Below, in pieces: positions 47,879 to 57,791 of a stretch of DNA of 64,000 bases; the first letter of the stretch is position 1, and every line of letters starts with the position of its first letter. The DNA comes from an uncultured bacterium. Its GTDB lineage: Bacteria; Planctomycetota; UBA1135; GCA-002686595. Both the position numbers and the translations under genes were made by a program. The stretch lies in the NCBI GenBank assembly GCA_943787795.1, contig CALSNU010000006.1, positions 96,001 through 160,000 on the forward strand, written 5' to 3'. The notes below the pieces were generated by a model, which was not told where the DNA came from, did no database searches, and saw only the letters and a list, made by a program, of their open reading frames with translations.

Positions 47879-49617
47879 TGCCGCGCGTGATCCTCGACGG
47901 TACCGCAGATGCCTGGCGCGCCCATGCCCGGGCGCTCGCGGCGAGCGGCACGCCCCCGGACGAGATCGATTGGGTGGACCTGCTGCGAGGCGGCGCTTCC
48001 GACGCGACGCTCTTCGCCGCCCCGGAGGTCAGCCCGCTTCCTCCTCGACCGCACGTGGACCTGCCCGTCCCAAGGGCCTTCGGTGCGCGGGTGGGAACCG
48101 TGGCCTGTCATCGCTCCTCGGCGATCTGGCCGCTCCTCTACGGGCTCCTGGTTCGAATGATCGCGGGAGAGCGGCGCCTCCTCGACGACCCCCTCGATGC
48201 CGAGGTCGCGACCTTTGCGCGGCTGGAGAAGGCGGTTCGCCGAGACGCTCACAAGATGCACGCCTTCGTCCGCTTCCGTCGGGTCGAGGACCCCTTGGCC
48301 CGAAACGGCGAGCGCTTCATCGCCTGGTATGAGCCGTCGCACCTCATCGTCGAGCGCGAGGCGCCGTTTTTCAGGGAGCGCTTTCCGAGCATGGACTGGT
48401 CCATCCTGTCGCCGGATCGGTGCGCTCACTGGGACGGAGCACGCGTGACCTTCACGGAGGGCGTGACCCGGGAGCGGGCGCCCGACCACGATGAACTCGA
48501 GGAGATGTGGTGCTCCTACTACGCTTCAATCTTCAACCCGGCGCGGGTGAAGCTGAAGGCCATGGCGGCGGAGATGCCCCGTAAGTTCTGGTCGACGCTG
48601 CCCGAGACCGCGCAGCTCCCTGAGCTGCTTGAGGATGTCCCCAGGCGCCTTGAGGCCATGGCGAGGACCTCGAGGCGGATGGCGGACTCGGCGCACCCGT
48701 TCGTCCCGCCGGGCGCTGGGCTGGACGAGTTGCGCGCGGCGCTCCCGGGCTGTGAGGGATGCGAGCTCCACCGCGACTCGACCCGCCCGGTAATGGGTGA
48801 AGGACCGGCCGATGCGCGCGTGGTCCTGCTGGGCGAACAGCCTGGAGATGCCGAGGAGCGCCAGGGGCGCCCGTTCATCGGACCTGCGGGCGCGATCCTG
48901 CGAGAGGCCATGGCGCAGGCGTCCATGGGGGTGGAGGGCGTCTACTTGACCAATGCGGTGAAGCACTTCCGCCATGAGCTGGCTGCCCTTTCTCCCGGGG
49001 AGGAGGAGGCGCGGCAACAGGGAGCCCTCGCCGTCGACCCGGCATCGGAGGCCCCTGCTGAGCCTTCCGCTGAGCCTTCCGCTGGGCATTCCGCTGGGCA
49101 TTCCGCTGAGTCCCCTGCTGGACTCTTCGACGGAGTCCCCGCCAGGCTGCCTGCCGGGCCTGCGACTGCCCCCGACTCTGGCGTGGGGATTGGCACTGCC
49201 ACTGGAACCGGTACGGGGCGAGGTCGGCGACGGATCCACAAGCGTCCCACTGCCCAGCACGCATCGCGCTGCCAGCCCTGGCTTGACGCCGAGATGCAGG
49301 TCGTGCAGCCGGAGGTCCTGGTGACCCTCGGGGCCACAGCGATGCGCGCGGTCCACGGGCCAACGGCCCGACTGCCGGACCCGTTGTCATCGCCCGCAGC
49401 GGTGCCTTCTCGTTACGCCCGGATCACCCTGGCGACCTTCCACCCCGCCGCCATCTTGCGCGCGACGGACGGTGCTCGAAGGTCTGGGATGCTGGCGCAC
49501 CTGGTCGCGACCCTCCGCCGGGCCCGGGAGGACATCGGTGACCAGGAGCCCTCCGGGACGGCCATGAGGTCGGAGCATGGGGTGGCCGAGCTGGGAGGGC
49601 CGAGGAATGGGCGGTGA
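47878..49617 (+). CDS. DUF4130 (TIGR03915-like) domain fused to a UdgX-type uracil-DNA glycosylase
   Basis: VRRDAHKMHAFVRF, YYASIFNPAR and EMPRKFW; then CEGCELH, GEQPG, TNAVKHF, RRIHKRP, LGATA and HPAAILR; TGATG coupling to the rSAM gene. Confidence 0.92.
   Translation: MPRVILDGTADAWRAHARALAASGTPPDEIDWVDLLRGGASDATLFAAPEVSPLPPRPHVDLPVPRAFGARVGTVACHRSSAIWPLLYGLLVRMIAGERRLLDDPLDAEVATFARLEKAVRRDAHKMHAFVRFRRVEDPLARNGERFIAWYEPSHLIVEREAPFFRERFPSMDWSILSPDRCAHWDGARVTFTEGVTRERAPDHDELEEMWCSYYASIFNPARVKLKAMAAEMPRKFWSTLPETAQLPELLEDVPRRLEAMARTSRRMADSAHPFVPPGAGLDELRAALPGCEGCELHRDSTRPVMGEGPADARVVLLGEQPGDAEERQGRPFIGPAGAILREAMAQASMGVEGVYLTNAVKHFRHELAALSPGEEEARQQGALAVDPASEAPAEPSAEPSAGHSAGHSAESPAGLFDGVPARLPAGPATAPDSGVGIGTATGTGTGRGRRRIHKRPTAQHASRCQPWLDAEMQVVQPEVLVTLGATAMRAVHGPTARLPDPLSSPAAVPSRYARITLATFHPAAILRATDGARRSGMLAHLVATLRRAREDIGDQEPSGTAMRSEHGVAELGGPRNGR
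49054..49122. repeat. 12-bp in-frame tandem repeat (TCCGCTG[AG]GC[CA]T) inside the UdgX loop
   Basis: Encodes PAEP-SAEP-SAGH-SAGH-SAES. Confidence 0.9.
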
Positions 49618-50144
49618 AGGGCGGTGAAGGGCGGGGACCGGACCTCCAGCCGGAGGGTTGCTGGCCCGGCGTGTGCGGTGACAACGCGACCTATGCAGGG
49701 AGGGGGCGGCGGCTGGCGAGAACCCCCGACGCCTGACTCGCGGCCGGGCCTCCTGCCTGGGTTCAGAGGTCTCGCCCCATGGCCCGAGAGGGGAGCATGG
49801 ATCCCTTCTGGGCTCGAGCGATCAGGGTGGCTTGATGCACCACCGTTCGAGGGCGAGGCCCCAGGTGGCATACACTTTGGGGCCGGGTCGTCGCACCGGT
49901 CTGGATCTGTCATCGCCATGAAGCGCTTCCTCTCTCTTCCAAGCACGGTGATCCGCGGCGTCCTCGCTCCACCGATGTCCAGCGGGCGCCCCCAGGGTTC
50001 TCACGCCTCGCAGGTGCTGGTCGCGTTCGGATGCAGAGGGGCCTCGCTCCCGCGGCGCGCTGCGCCGAGTCAGGCCGCGGCGTTCGATCATGCCGTTCGG
50101 AGCTCGACCGCGGTGCTGACTCCCTCGAAGGGTCGGGTGGCGGC

Positions 50145-50555
50145 ATGAAGGTGCCGCCCAACGCTCCCTGTGCCTGCCACAGCGGGCAAAAGTACAAGCG
50201 ATGCTGCCGCCCCTACCACCGGGGGGCGCAGGTCGGACAGCCTGAGCTGCTGATGCGGGCCCGCTACGCGGCGTTCTCTTACGGGCTCGCCGCCTACGTC
50301 ATGCAGACCACTCATCCCTCCAGCCCGTCGATCGAGGCTGACCCTGCGGCGTGGGAGCGGTCGATCCTGGAGTTCGCACGGGACACCCGGTTCGCGGGCC
50401 TCGAGGTCGAGGCAGCGTCGGCGTCAGAGAACGAGGCCTCGGTGACCTTCCGCGCCATGCTGTGGCAGGGGGAGCGGGACGTGTCCTTCACCGAGCGGAG
50501 CCGGTTTCTGCGTGAAGGGGACCGCTGGCTCTATCACTCCGGAGTGGTCTCCTGA
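50145..50555 (+). CDS. YchJ family (SEC-C motif, UPF0225) protein
   Basis: CACHSG..YKRCC..YH, LMRARYAAF and ERSRF....RWLY. Confidence 0.92.
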   Translation: MKVPPNAPCACHSGQKYKRCCRPYHRGAQVGQPELLMRARYAAFSYGLAAYVMQTTHPSSPSIEADPAAWERSILEFARDTRFAGLEVEAASASENEASVTFRAMLWQGERDVSFTERSRFLREGDRWLYHSGVVS

Positions 50556-50739
50556 GGCCTCTGGCCTATCTGGTCGCCCGCGCACGGCCCCGAGGCCCTC
50601 ACGCGGATTGAAGGGCCGCACAGGAACGCGGCGGGGGGGGCGAGCGGGTGCGCCTTGAGTGCGCCCGCACACCGCGAGGAGCCCCTTCGCCATCCCCGTG
50701 TGGTTCAGCGCTGGATCACATCGGCATCGAGCTTGGTCC

Positions 50740-51939
50740 TCACCCCATGACCTTGAAGAGCTTGCTGGCAGCCAGCAGGGTCACGGTGACCACGACCGCC
50801 AGGGCCGCCACGTTTTGTGGGGCCCCGTTGCGATAGGCCTGGGGGACGACGCGACTGTTCGCGATGGCCACGAGCACCACCGCGATCACCGGGAGCAGCA
50901 GGGCGTTGGTCAACTGGGCGGTGACAATCAGCGCCAGGGGCCGAGACGCCACGAGCGCGAAGAAGGTCCCCGCCATCACGATCAGCAAGGCGACGGCCTT
51001 GAAGCTTCGACTCCCCGGCTCGGTCGACCAGCCCAGCGCCCCGCAAACGGCCCAGCTGGCCGCGATCGGGGCCGCGATGGCGGAGGTTAGCCCCGCGGCG
51101 AACAACCCGATGCCCACGGCGAGGGTTCCGCCGCCAGGGAAGTGGCCCTCGATCGCCCTCATCACGGCCGGGAGCGCATCCTCTGAGGTATCCGCGGGGA
51201 CGAGCGCGGCGGCCACGATCACGACCGCGACGGTGATCACGCCACCGATCGTGATCGCGAGCAGCGACTCCCTCCGGATCCCCTGGAGCGCCTCAGCCAC
51301 GGACTCGCCCCGCCAGCGTTGCCGCGCCGCCGTCGCGTGAAGGAAGAGGTTGTAGGGCACCACCGTGGTCCCGATGAGGGCCAGCACCAGGTTGAGGTTC
51401 TCGCCCGAGAAGCTCGGGAGCCAGCGCGTCGCTGGTTGTTCCCAGAGCAGAGGCGCGGCCATCCCGGCGAGCCCGGTGAAGAGCACCGCCATCAGGGCGA
51501 CCAAGGCGACCAGGAGGCGTTCCAGCCACCGGTATCGGTTGGCGAGGATCAGGGCCGAGGCCGCGGTCGCGGAACAAACGACCACGACCTCGAAGGGGAA
51601 CCCGACGGCGGCACCAAGGCCGATCCCCGCCCCGGAGAGGTTCCCCGACTGATACGCCGCGTTGCCCACGCCGATGGCGACCACGATCAGGAGGAGCAGC
51701 GGCGCGCCCCACCAGCGCTCGGCGCCGAAGTCACGGGTCAGGGCCGAGAGGTCGCGGTCCGTGGCCAGGGCGCTGCGCACCGCGAGCTCCTGAAGGATCA
51801 CCGTCGCGATGACGGAGAAGGCGATGGCCCAGACCAGGGTGACCCCCGTCTCCACGCCCGCGAGGCTCGCGGTCGTGATGGTCCCTGGCCCGATGAAGGC
51901 GGCTGCCACCATCGCTCCGGGGCCTAGTCGGAGCCGCAA
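50740..51939 (-). CDS. Nramp-related divalent metal transporter
   Basis: LGPGAMVAAAFIGPGTITT, ILQE, GNAAYQSGN, IGTTVVPYNLFLH and AAGLTSAI; about 11 TM helices; start placed at TTG 51939. Confidence 0.88.
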   Translation of the reverse strand: MRLRLGPGAMVAAAFIGPGTITTASLAGVETGVTLVWAIAFSVIATVILQELAVRSALATDRDLSALTRDFGAERWWGAPLLLLIVVAIGVGNAAYQSGNLSGAGIGLGAAVGFPFEVVVVCSATAASALILANRYRWLERLLVALVALMAVLFTGLAGMAAPLLWEQPATRWLPSFSGENLNLVLALIGTTVVPYNLFLHATAARQRWRGESVAEALQGIRRESLLAITIGGVITVAVVIVAAALVPADTSEDALPAVMRAIEGHFPGGGTLAVGIGLFAAGLTSAIAAPIAASWAVCGALGWSTEPGSRSFKAVALLIVMAGTFFALVASRPLALIVTAQLTNALLLPVIAVVLVAIANSRVVPQAYRNGAPQNVAALAVVVTVTLLAASKLFKVMG

Positions 51940-52484
51940 GTGGATCCCCCGTCGGGCAGGGCGGTGAAGAGGTCCAAGCTGTGTGGTGGCTGGGGATGCC
52001 GGTGGAGGTGGAGGGAGCGTCCCCGTGCGGGTTGGCAGCGCCCTCGGGACATCCCTGAGGCTAGGGGAAGCCGATCGGAGGGACAAGGCGCCCGCGTGCG
52101 GAGTGCCCCTTGCAACGGCCCGGTACGACAGGCCGGGCATGACTGACCCGGCACGACAGACCCAGCGCTTGCCTGACAAGTGCAGGGTGTATGGCGCGTC
52201 AGCGACGCCAGCGTGGGTCAGACGGGGGGGGGGACGTGGGGTATTTGGAGCCATGGGGCGGGGCAGTGATGAGGGCCGCTGGCGATGGCGGTGGCTCACG
52301 GAGGCTCTGCCCCGTATGTGGTCGACCCTTCCCCCCGTTGGCTCCAGCGGCGTGCCCGAAGGCTAGAATGGCTGTCGACAACTCCCGACGGAGTCGTCCC
52401 TGGTGGCCTGAGGGTGCCCTCGAGGCCAACCCGGCGAACCCAAGTCCATGGCTCGACTCACCCCCCCTCCGTAAGGCGCCCTCC

Positions 52485-53015
52485 ATGCACGTCTCACCGT
52501 TTCTTCTCATCGGTGCCATGGCATTCGCTGGCTGCGCCACCGCGCCAAGGCCTGCCGTGGAGCGCTTCAGAGCGGCGGAGGCCACGTTCGCGGGTGAGGT
52601 AGATGAGCCGACGGGGGAGGGGGGTCTCCGTCGACACATCCTGAATGGGTTTGCAGGACTCGCGCGAGAGGACGCCGACCTGGCCGGTGTCGCGCTGGGC
52701 ATCGACTACGAATACCGTCTCAGCGAGCGGTGGGGCTTCGGAGGCTTCACCGAAGCCGTCGTGGGTGAGGGCCGGGCGCTCATTGCCGGCGTCGACGTGG
52801 TCTTGCACCCGGCGGAAGCAGTGTCCCTCTTTGTCGGCTACGGTCAGGAGCAGAAGAGCGACGAGTGGGAGGGCATCGTGCGGGTCGGAGGACTCTACGA
52901 GTTTCCGATCGGCGAGGGGTGGACACTGTCGCCGACGGTGACCTACGACTTTTCTCTGAAGCGGCCGGAGGAGGACGTCCTGAACCTCGGCCTGAGCCTG
53001 GGATACGCCTGGTGA
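52485..53015 (+). CDS. Small outer-membrane beta-barrel-like protein
   Basis: Lipobox-like FAGC; alternating strands GIDYEYR, VRVGGLYEF and LSPTVTYDF; C-terminal LSLGYAW. Confidence 0.75.
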   Translation: MHVSPFLLIGAMAFAGCATAPRPAVERFRAAEATFAGEVDEPTGEGGLRRHILNGFAGLAREDADLAGVALGIDYEYRLSERWGFGGFTEAVVGEGRALIAGVDVVLHPAEAVSLFVGYGQEQKSDEWEGIVRVGGLYEFPIGEGWTLSPTVTYDFSLKRPEEDVLNLGLSLGYAW

Positions 53016-54111
53016 GGCGAGGTGGTGGGCAGCGTCAGCGCCATCCGACCGCGACCTGCACCTGGTCCATTCAAAGATGCCCCGCGTCCCTCAGCCGAAC
53101 GCCAGAGGCATCTGGCGGGTGGAGCCGCCGCGGACCGCCTCGACGAAGCGCTCTGTGATCTCCCGTATCGGCTCCCGCGTAGTCGGGCTGGCGACACCGA
53201 TGGGGCTCTCGATCCCGATTCCTTCGCTCGTCAGGAGCGCGCCGCCAGAACCTCGCCCTGCCTGACTCATCCTGCCGCACCGTCCCCCCCATGGATCGAT
53301 GAAGCCCTGGACAGGGTGAGGTGACTCGACCTCGATGTGCGGACCGCCGTGCTCCCTACCAGCGACCCCAGCGGGATGCAGTTTCAGCTGGGCCACGAGG
53401 CACCCGGTCAGGGGCCGAGCCATGGCGTTGTGGTGGTTGCGTTGAACTCTGGCGACCCCGGTACGGCCCGACGATGGGTACCTCCGTCTCCAGCTCGAGT
53501 CCCCACCCTGCGCCCGCGGTCGCGCCGTGCGGGAGCTCCAACTTGACCGTCTTGGACGCGCCGGTAGGCCTTCCCGCGCTCGTCGTGCCGGCCCCACCAC
53601 GGCGAGAGCGCCTCGGCTCTTGTCGTCCGCTCAGCTTGTCGAACAGCTTGTAGTTCACGCCCATCCAGGGCGCGGCGAGGGCCTCTCCTCGGGGCGCCTG
53701 CAGAGAAGGGGGCGGCTTGCTAGGAGGGCTAACCGCGCCGAGGACGGGGATCGGCTGCCGTGCGAATTCCGGCGTGGACCAGGCGCGAAGCGGGACATCC
53801 CTTGCAGGCCGCCAGGAGCTGCGATCCCCGCGCCGTCCGAGATTCTGTGGCCTGAGGAAGCCAGTGCTCCAAGGCGCAGCCGGCCAGCATTCGATGCAGA
53901 TCGGTCCATCGCAGGCCTGATGTGGGCCTCGGGGTAATCCAGGGAGGTGGGAGACAACGCTCGCTTGGGCGAGCGGTTCCGCTGGTAGCCTTTGGCTCCT
54001 GGGGCGCGCTTGATCGTAGCCTTCGGTGACGAGATTCCTGCGCTAGCGCCCTCGGCCCTCTTGCGCGGCGATACTCGCGCCTTGGGCTGCAAATAGAACC
54101 GCGCGGGTAAG

Positions 54112-56052
54112 ATGACCCTCGTCATGATGGCCCTTCTTCGCTTGCTCCCCGTGGTGGTCCTCATTGCCGCCGCCATCGACTCATCTCTGGTCAGATTTGA
54201 TCGACCACACCGAGGCGTTGATCCCGATCTGTTCCTTCAGGCCTCGCTCCTCTGGCTGGTGTTCGGACTCTTGGCCTTGGTTCCAGCCTGGCCCACCCGG
54301 GCCGCCCTGCGGAGGTGGTTGAGCTTGGAGCAGGGCGAGAAAAGTTGGGGCGTCGACGTGGCTGCCCTTGGGAGCTGGCTAGCCCTGCCCGTGCTTGGTC
54401 ATGGAATCCTCGATCGTTACACGTCAATCGGCCAGAACATCTCGGCGCTCAAGGCCCCCCGTCCATGGCTTGAGGTCGGCGCGCTCATCCTCGGGTTGGT
54501 GCTGGTCGCGTGGCTGATCGCCCCACGGCTGCGTGCCATCCCGGGCAAGCTTGCCGCGGTACTGGGACTCCTTGCCGCCCTGGTCGTCGGGCTCGGTGTC
54601 GGGCCTCGCGCGGAGGAGCCTGGCTCGCCGCGCATCGCCCCGGCCGATGCCCCAAATCTCATGCTGCTCGTCTGGGACACGACGCGCTCCATGGCGCTCT
54701 CGCCGTACGGCTACGACCGCGAGACGACCCCGCACCTGGCGGAGCTGGCCAAGAAGAGCCTGGTCTGGGAGGAGGCGCGCTCGGTGTCGTGCTTCACGCT
54801 GACGTCCCATCTCTCCATGCTGACCGGCGTCTATCCGTCCCATCACGGCGCCCGGCTCACGCGGATGTTCTTTGATCCACGCAAGACGCCAAGCTTGGCA
54901 CACCTCTTGCGCGAGCACGGCTATCGAACCGGAGGCTTCGTTGGAACCAATGTGCTTCGCGCGGGGACAGGAATGATGGACGGCTTTGAGGTCTACGATG
55001 ATGAGTGCGATCCGTTGGTGGTGGACACCCACGCCTGGAAGCTCGTCCACGACGCTCAGTCCGTGATGGCCAAGCTGCGGCCCTCATTCGGTGGGAATGG
55101 CTCTCCTCATTGGATCGAGGACTTCGCGCGTCCGGCGCCCGAGGTCTTGGAGCGGGCCCTCGACTGGATCCAAGAGGAGGACGAGCGCCCGTGGTTTTGC
55201 CTGATCAACCTCTACGACGTGCACTGGCCCTACCTGCCGAATGACGAGAGTCGGGAGAAGTGGGTACGTCCGTACGAGGGCACCATCGACGGGTACCTCT
55301 TTGATTCAGATAGCTACCAGACCCCTGATGGAGTGCTGCGTGGGTCGCGCCTAACCAGTGACGACAAACAGCACCTCAGGGATCTCTACGATGCGGAGAT
55401 GTGGCAGCTCGACCGGCGCGTGCACCAGTTTCTGTCGGCCCTGGACCTTGAGCGTTCGGGGACCGCGGTGCTGGTGACGTCAGATCACGGTGAGGCTTTC
55501 GGCGAGGCTGGGATCTACGAGCACAACGACATCCTCGAGCCCCAGGTCCGTGTCCCATTCATGCTGGTGCCCGCCCGCGGGGAGGGGCGCACCCCGCCGG
55601 ACCCCGCTTACCTCTCGGGCAAGGTCTCAGGCATCGACGTGGCGACCACACTGGCAGGGCTGGCCGGCCTCGAGTCCACGGCGGTCGAGGGCATGACAGG
55701 ACTCGACCTGCTGGCCGGCGAGGTGCCCGAATCGCGCCAGCTCCTCGTGGAAGATCGAGACAAGAAAAGCCAGGCGTATACCCACTACGCCGTCTACGAG
55801 GATCACTGGAAGCTGGTTCGCACCGGCGTGGGGCCAACTGCCACCCACCAGCTGTTCGATCTCCGCGCGGACAGCGTAGGTGAAAGAGACATCTCCGGGC
55901 AGCAGCCAGCGGTCGCCGAGCGACTGGAGGAGTTGCTTGATGAACTACGGTCTTCCTGGGGCGGCGGGCAGGAGAGCTGGAAGGCGCGGGCCATCACAGA
56001 TGCCGCCCTGCACGGTCTCGGCTACGCGGGTGAGGACGACGATCCTGAGTGA
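54112..56052 (+). CDS. Membrane-anchored sulfatase-fold (alkaline phosphatase superfamily) protein with Thr at the nucleophile position
   Basis: About 5 N-terminal TM helices; PNLMLLVWDTTR, TLTSHLSMLTG, YDVHWPY, YDAE, TSDHGE and C-terminal LHGLGY. Confidence 0.85.
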   Translation: MTLVMMALLRLLPVVVLIAAAIDSSLVRFDRPHRGVDPDLFLQASLLWLVFGLLALVPAWPTRAALRRWLSLEQGEKSWGVDVAALGSWLALPVLGHGILDRYTSIGQNISALKAPRPWLEVGALILGLVLVAWLIAPRLRAIPGKLAAVLGLLAALVVGLGVGPRAEEPGSPRIAPADAPNLMLLVWDTTRSMALSPYGYDRETTPHLAELAKKSLVWEEARSVSCFTLTSHLSMLTGVYPSHHGARLTRMFFDPRKTPSLAHLLREHGYRTGGFVGTNVLRAGTGMMDGFEVYDDECDPLVVDTHAWKLVHDAQSVMAKLRPSFGGNGSPHWIEDFARPAPEVLERALDWIQEEDERPWFCLINLYDVHWPYLPNDESREKWVRPYEGTIDGYLFDSDSYQTPDGVLRGSRLTSDDKQHLRDLYDAEMWQLDRRVHQFLSALDLERSGTAVLVTSDHGEAFGEAGIYEHNDILEPQVRVPFMLVPARGEGRTPPDPAYLSGKVSGIDVATTLAGLAGLESTAVEGMTGLDLLAGEVPESRQLLVEDRDKKSQAYTHYAVYEDHWKLVRTGVGPTATHQLFDLRADSVGERDISGQQPAVAERLEELLDELRSSWGGGQESWKARAITDAALHGLGYAGEDDDPE

Positions 56053-56525
56053 CCCGACCAGGGGCCTGAAGCGTCGAGTGGGCCTGGTCATGCGTTGATG
56101 AGGTCGGGAGCTCAGCATCGTCGGCCCAGAGTCCATCCGTCGCCCCTTGGCTCGTATGCCTTCCCCCCAATGACGGCGCGCGACCGCTGGTCGAGCGCCG
56201 CTACAAGTGACTGGGAGAGGCTCATCGGAGCTATGCGCCGTGGAGCCTAGGCCGTGCCTGCTCGCTGGAGATCGGGAGGTGGGCGGCCCCCTTGAGGGCG
56301 CTCCCGACGGGGGCAGCTAGAGCGTGACGGGCACGGCAGCCGTGAAGGCTGAGGTGTTCGGCCCTGCCATCGCCGCTCGGCGAAGAGGCACGAGGGACGA
56401 GGTGCTACCCGGCGACGCCGGCTCGAGGCCGGTTGGCTTGCGCGGGTCGCGTCGCCTGACGTTTACCCCGAAGTCACCGGTAATTCCTGGGGAGGGGGTG
56501 AAGTTCGGTCAGGAAGACGAGCGGG

Positions 56526-57791
56526 TCAGCGTTGCCCCGGAGGCAGGGGGGAGGCCGGACACTGAGGGGGACGCTCAAATCTCCTTCCTGACGCCACCAC
56601 GCGGCCTCTTGCGGGCTGCGGCGCCGGTGGGGTCTGGGCCAGAGCATGGAGCAGCTTTGCGACCGCGACGGCATTCGCGAGGCGCTCCTCGGTCCGCGAC
56701 CGCTCCCCACGGTTCTTGTCGAGAGCGCTCTCGGTCAGGAGCGCCTCTGACGCGACAATCTCATCGAGAGTGCCGCGCCCTGTCCGGTGGTTGCAGTAGT
56801 GGGCCTTCAAGACGAGTGGCGCTCTTGGGCCCCCGAAGGTCTCATACCACTGCTTGGAGGTGCCAGTATTCCAGGTGGCGAGGACGTCCCCAGGGCGCTC
56901 GAACGCGCGCCATGTCTCCGCCATCTCGGCCGGGCAACTGGCTGAGGCGTGGTCGCCGCGGTCGAGCCGAAAGAAGGGCCAGCTCCCTTGAGTGAGCTGA
57001 TCGTGATCCAGCGCGACCATCATCCGCTCCCCGCTCGCTGGCCGTTCGGCGGCCAGCGTCAACAGCGGTCGATCACCCATTGGCTGCTTCATCTCCTCGC
57101 ACGTGCGCGGGGTCAACTCTCCATACACCACGACCAGTGCATCGAAGCGCTCTCGAAACGCGGCCGGAAGCTCAGGGCCTCGCTCGGAGCGTGGGCGCCT
57201 CCGCAGTCGCGGCGAGGGAGCGTTCGGCCGGGCGAGTTGCAGGGCCTGCATGGCCTCGAACGGCGCGAGGAGGTTCGCCAGGCCGGGTGTGTTGGGCTCG
57301 GTATAGCGCAGCGCAGCGTGAATAGCCTCGATGGTGGAGAGGCAGTACTCGAAGGGCTGCCTGCGGATCTTGAACCCGCTCACCTCGCCCCGCGGGAGCG
57401 TGAACTTCGGGAGGTCGCGCAGCGCGGCGATGTCCCGGTACATCGCGCGGGCGTGATGCCAGGTGCCGTCGATCACCACCAGCCCCTTGGGCATCTCGGC
57501 CTCGGGCAGCGTCGAGAGGTCTCGCGCGCCGTCGCCCGGGTAGAGGAGCCCGAACCCTGCGAGCTGCTCGTGGAGGCTGCGGTCACTCTTCAGGCGGCCT
57601 CCTTGGTCCACCAGGATCCTTGACTGCCTCAGGCAGCGTTCCGCGATACGAGCGGTGTTGAAGGGATGGGAGCGCTCTCGCGAGTGCTGGAGGATCAGGA
57701 TCTCCGTCCGGTGGTCGATCGGCGAGATCGCTCCGCAGAGGCAATGGGCCGCGGGCCGGAGGCACTCGAGGCAGCGTTCACGCGCGGACAT
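56526..57791 (-). CDS. DTW-domain tRNA-uridine aminocarboxypropyltransferase-like protein with a C-terminal extension
   Basis: CLEC.RP..HCLC, LQHSRE..HPFNT, LLYPG, IDGTW and LSTIEA motifs. Confidence 0.88.
   Translation of the reverse strand: MSARERCLECLRPAAHCLCGAISPIDHRTEILILQHSRERSHPFNTARIAERCLRQSRILVDQGGRLKSDRSLHEQLAGFGLLYPGDGARDLSTLPEAEMPKGLVVIDGTWHHARAMYRDIAALRDLPKFTLPRGEVSGFKIRRQPFEYCLSTIEAIHAALRYTEPNTPGLANLLAPFEAMQALQLARPNAPSPRLRRRPRSERGPELPAAFRERFDALVVVYGELTPRTCEEMKQPMGDRPLLTLAAERPASGERMMVALDHDQLTQGSWPFFRLDRGDHASASCPAEMAETWRAFERPGDVLATWNTGTSKQWYETFGGPRAPLVLKAHYCNHRTGRGTLDEIVASEALLTESALDKNRGERSRTEERLANAVAVAKLLHALAQTPPAPQPARGRVVASGRRFERPPQCPASPLPPGQR

Noticed and set aside
48979..49221. 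Intein in UdgX
   Set aside because: No splice-junction residues, too short, and low-complexity.
51940..52484. Possible Mn-sensing yybP-ykoY riboswitch upstream of the Nramp gene
   Set aside because: I could not find the characteristic GGGGAGUA-type conserved core on the minus strand; an Infernal scan would settle it.
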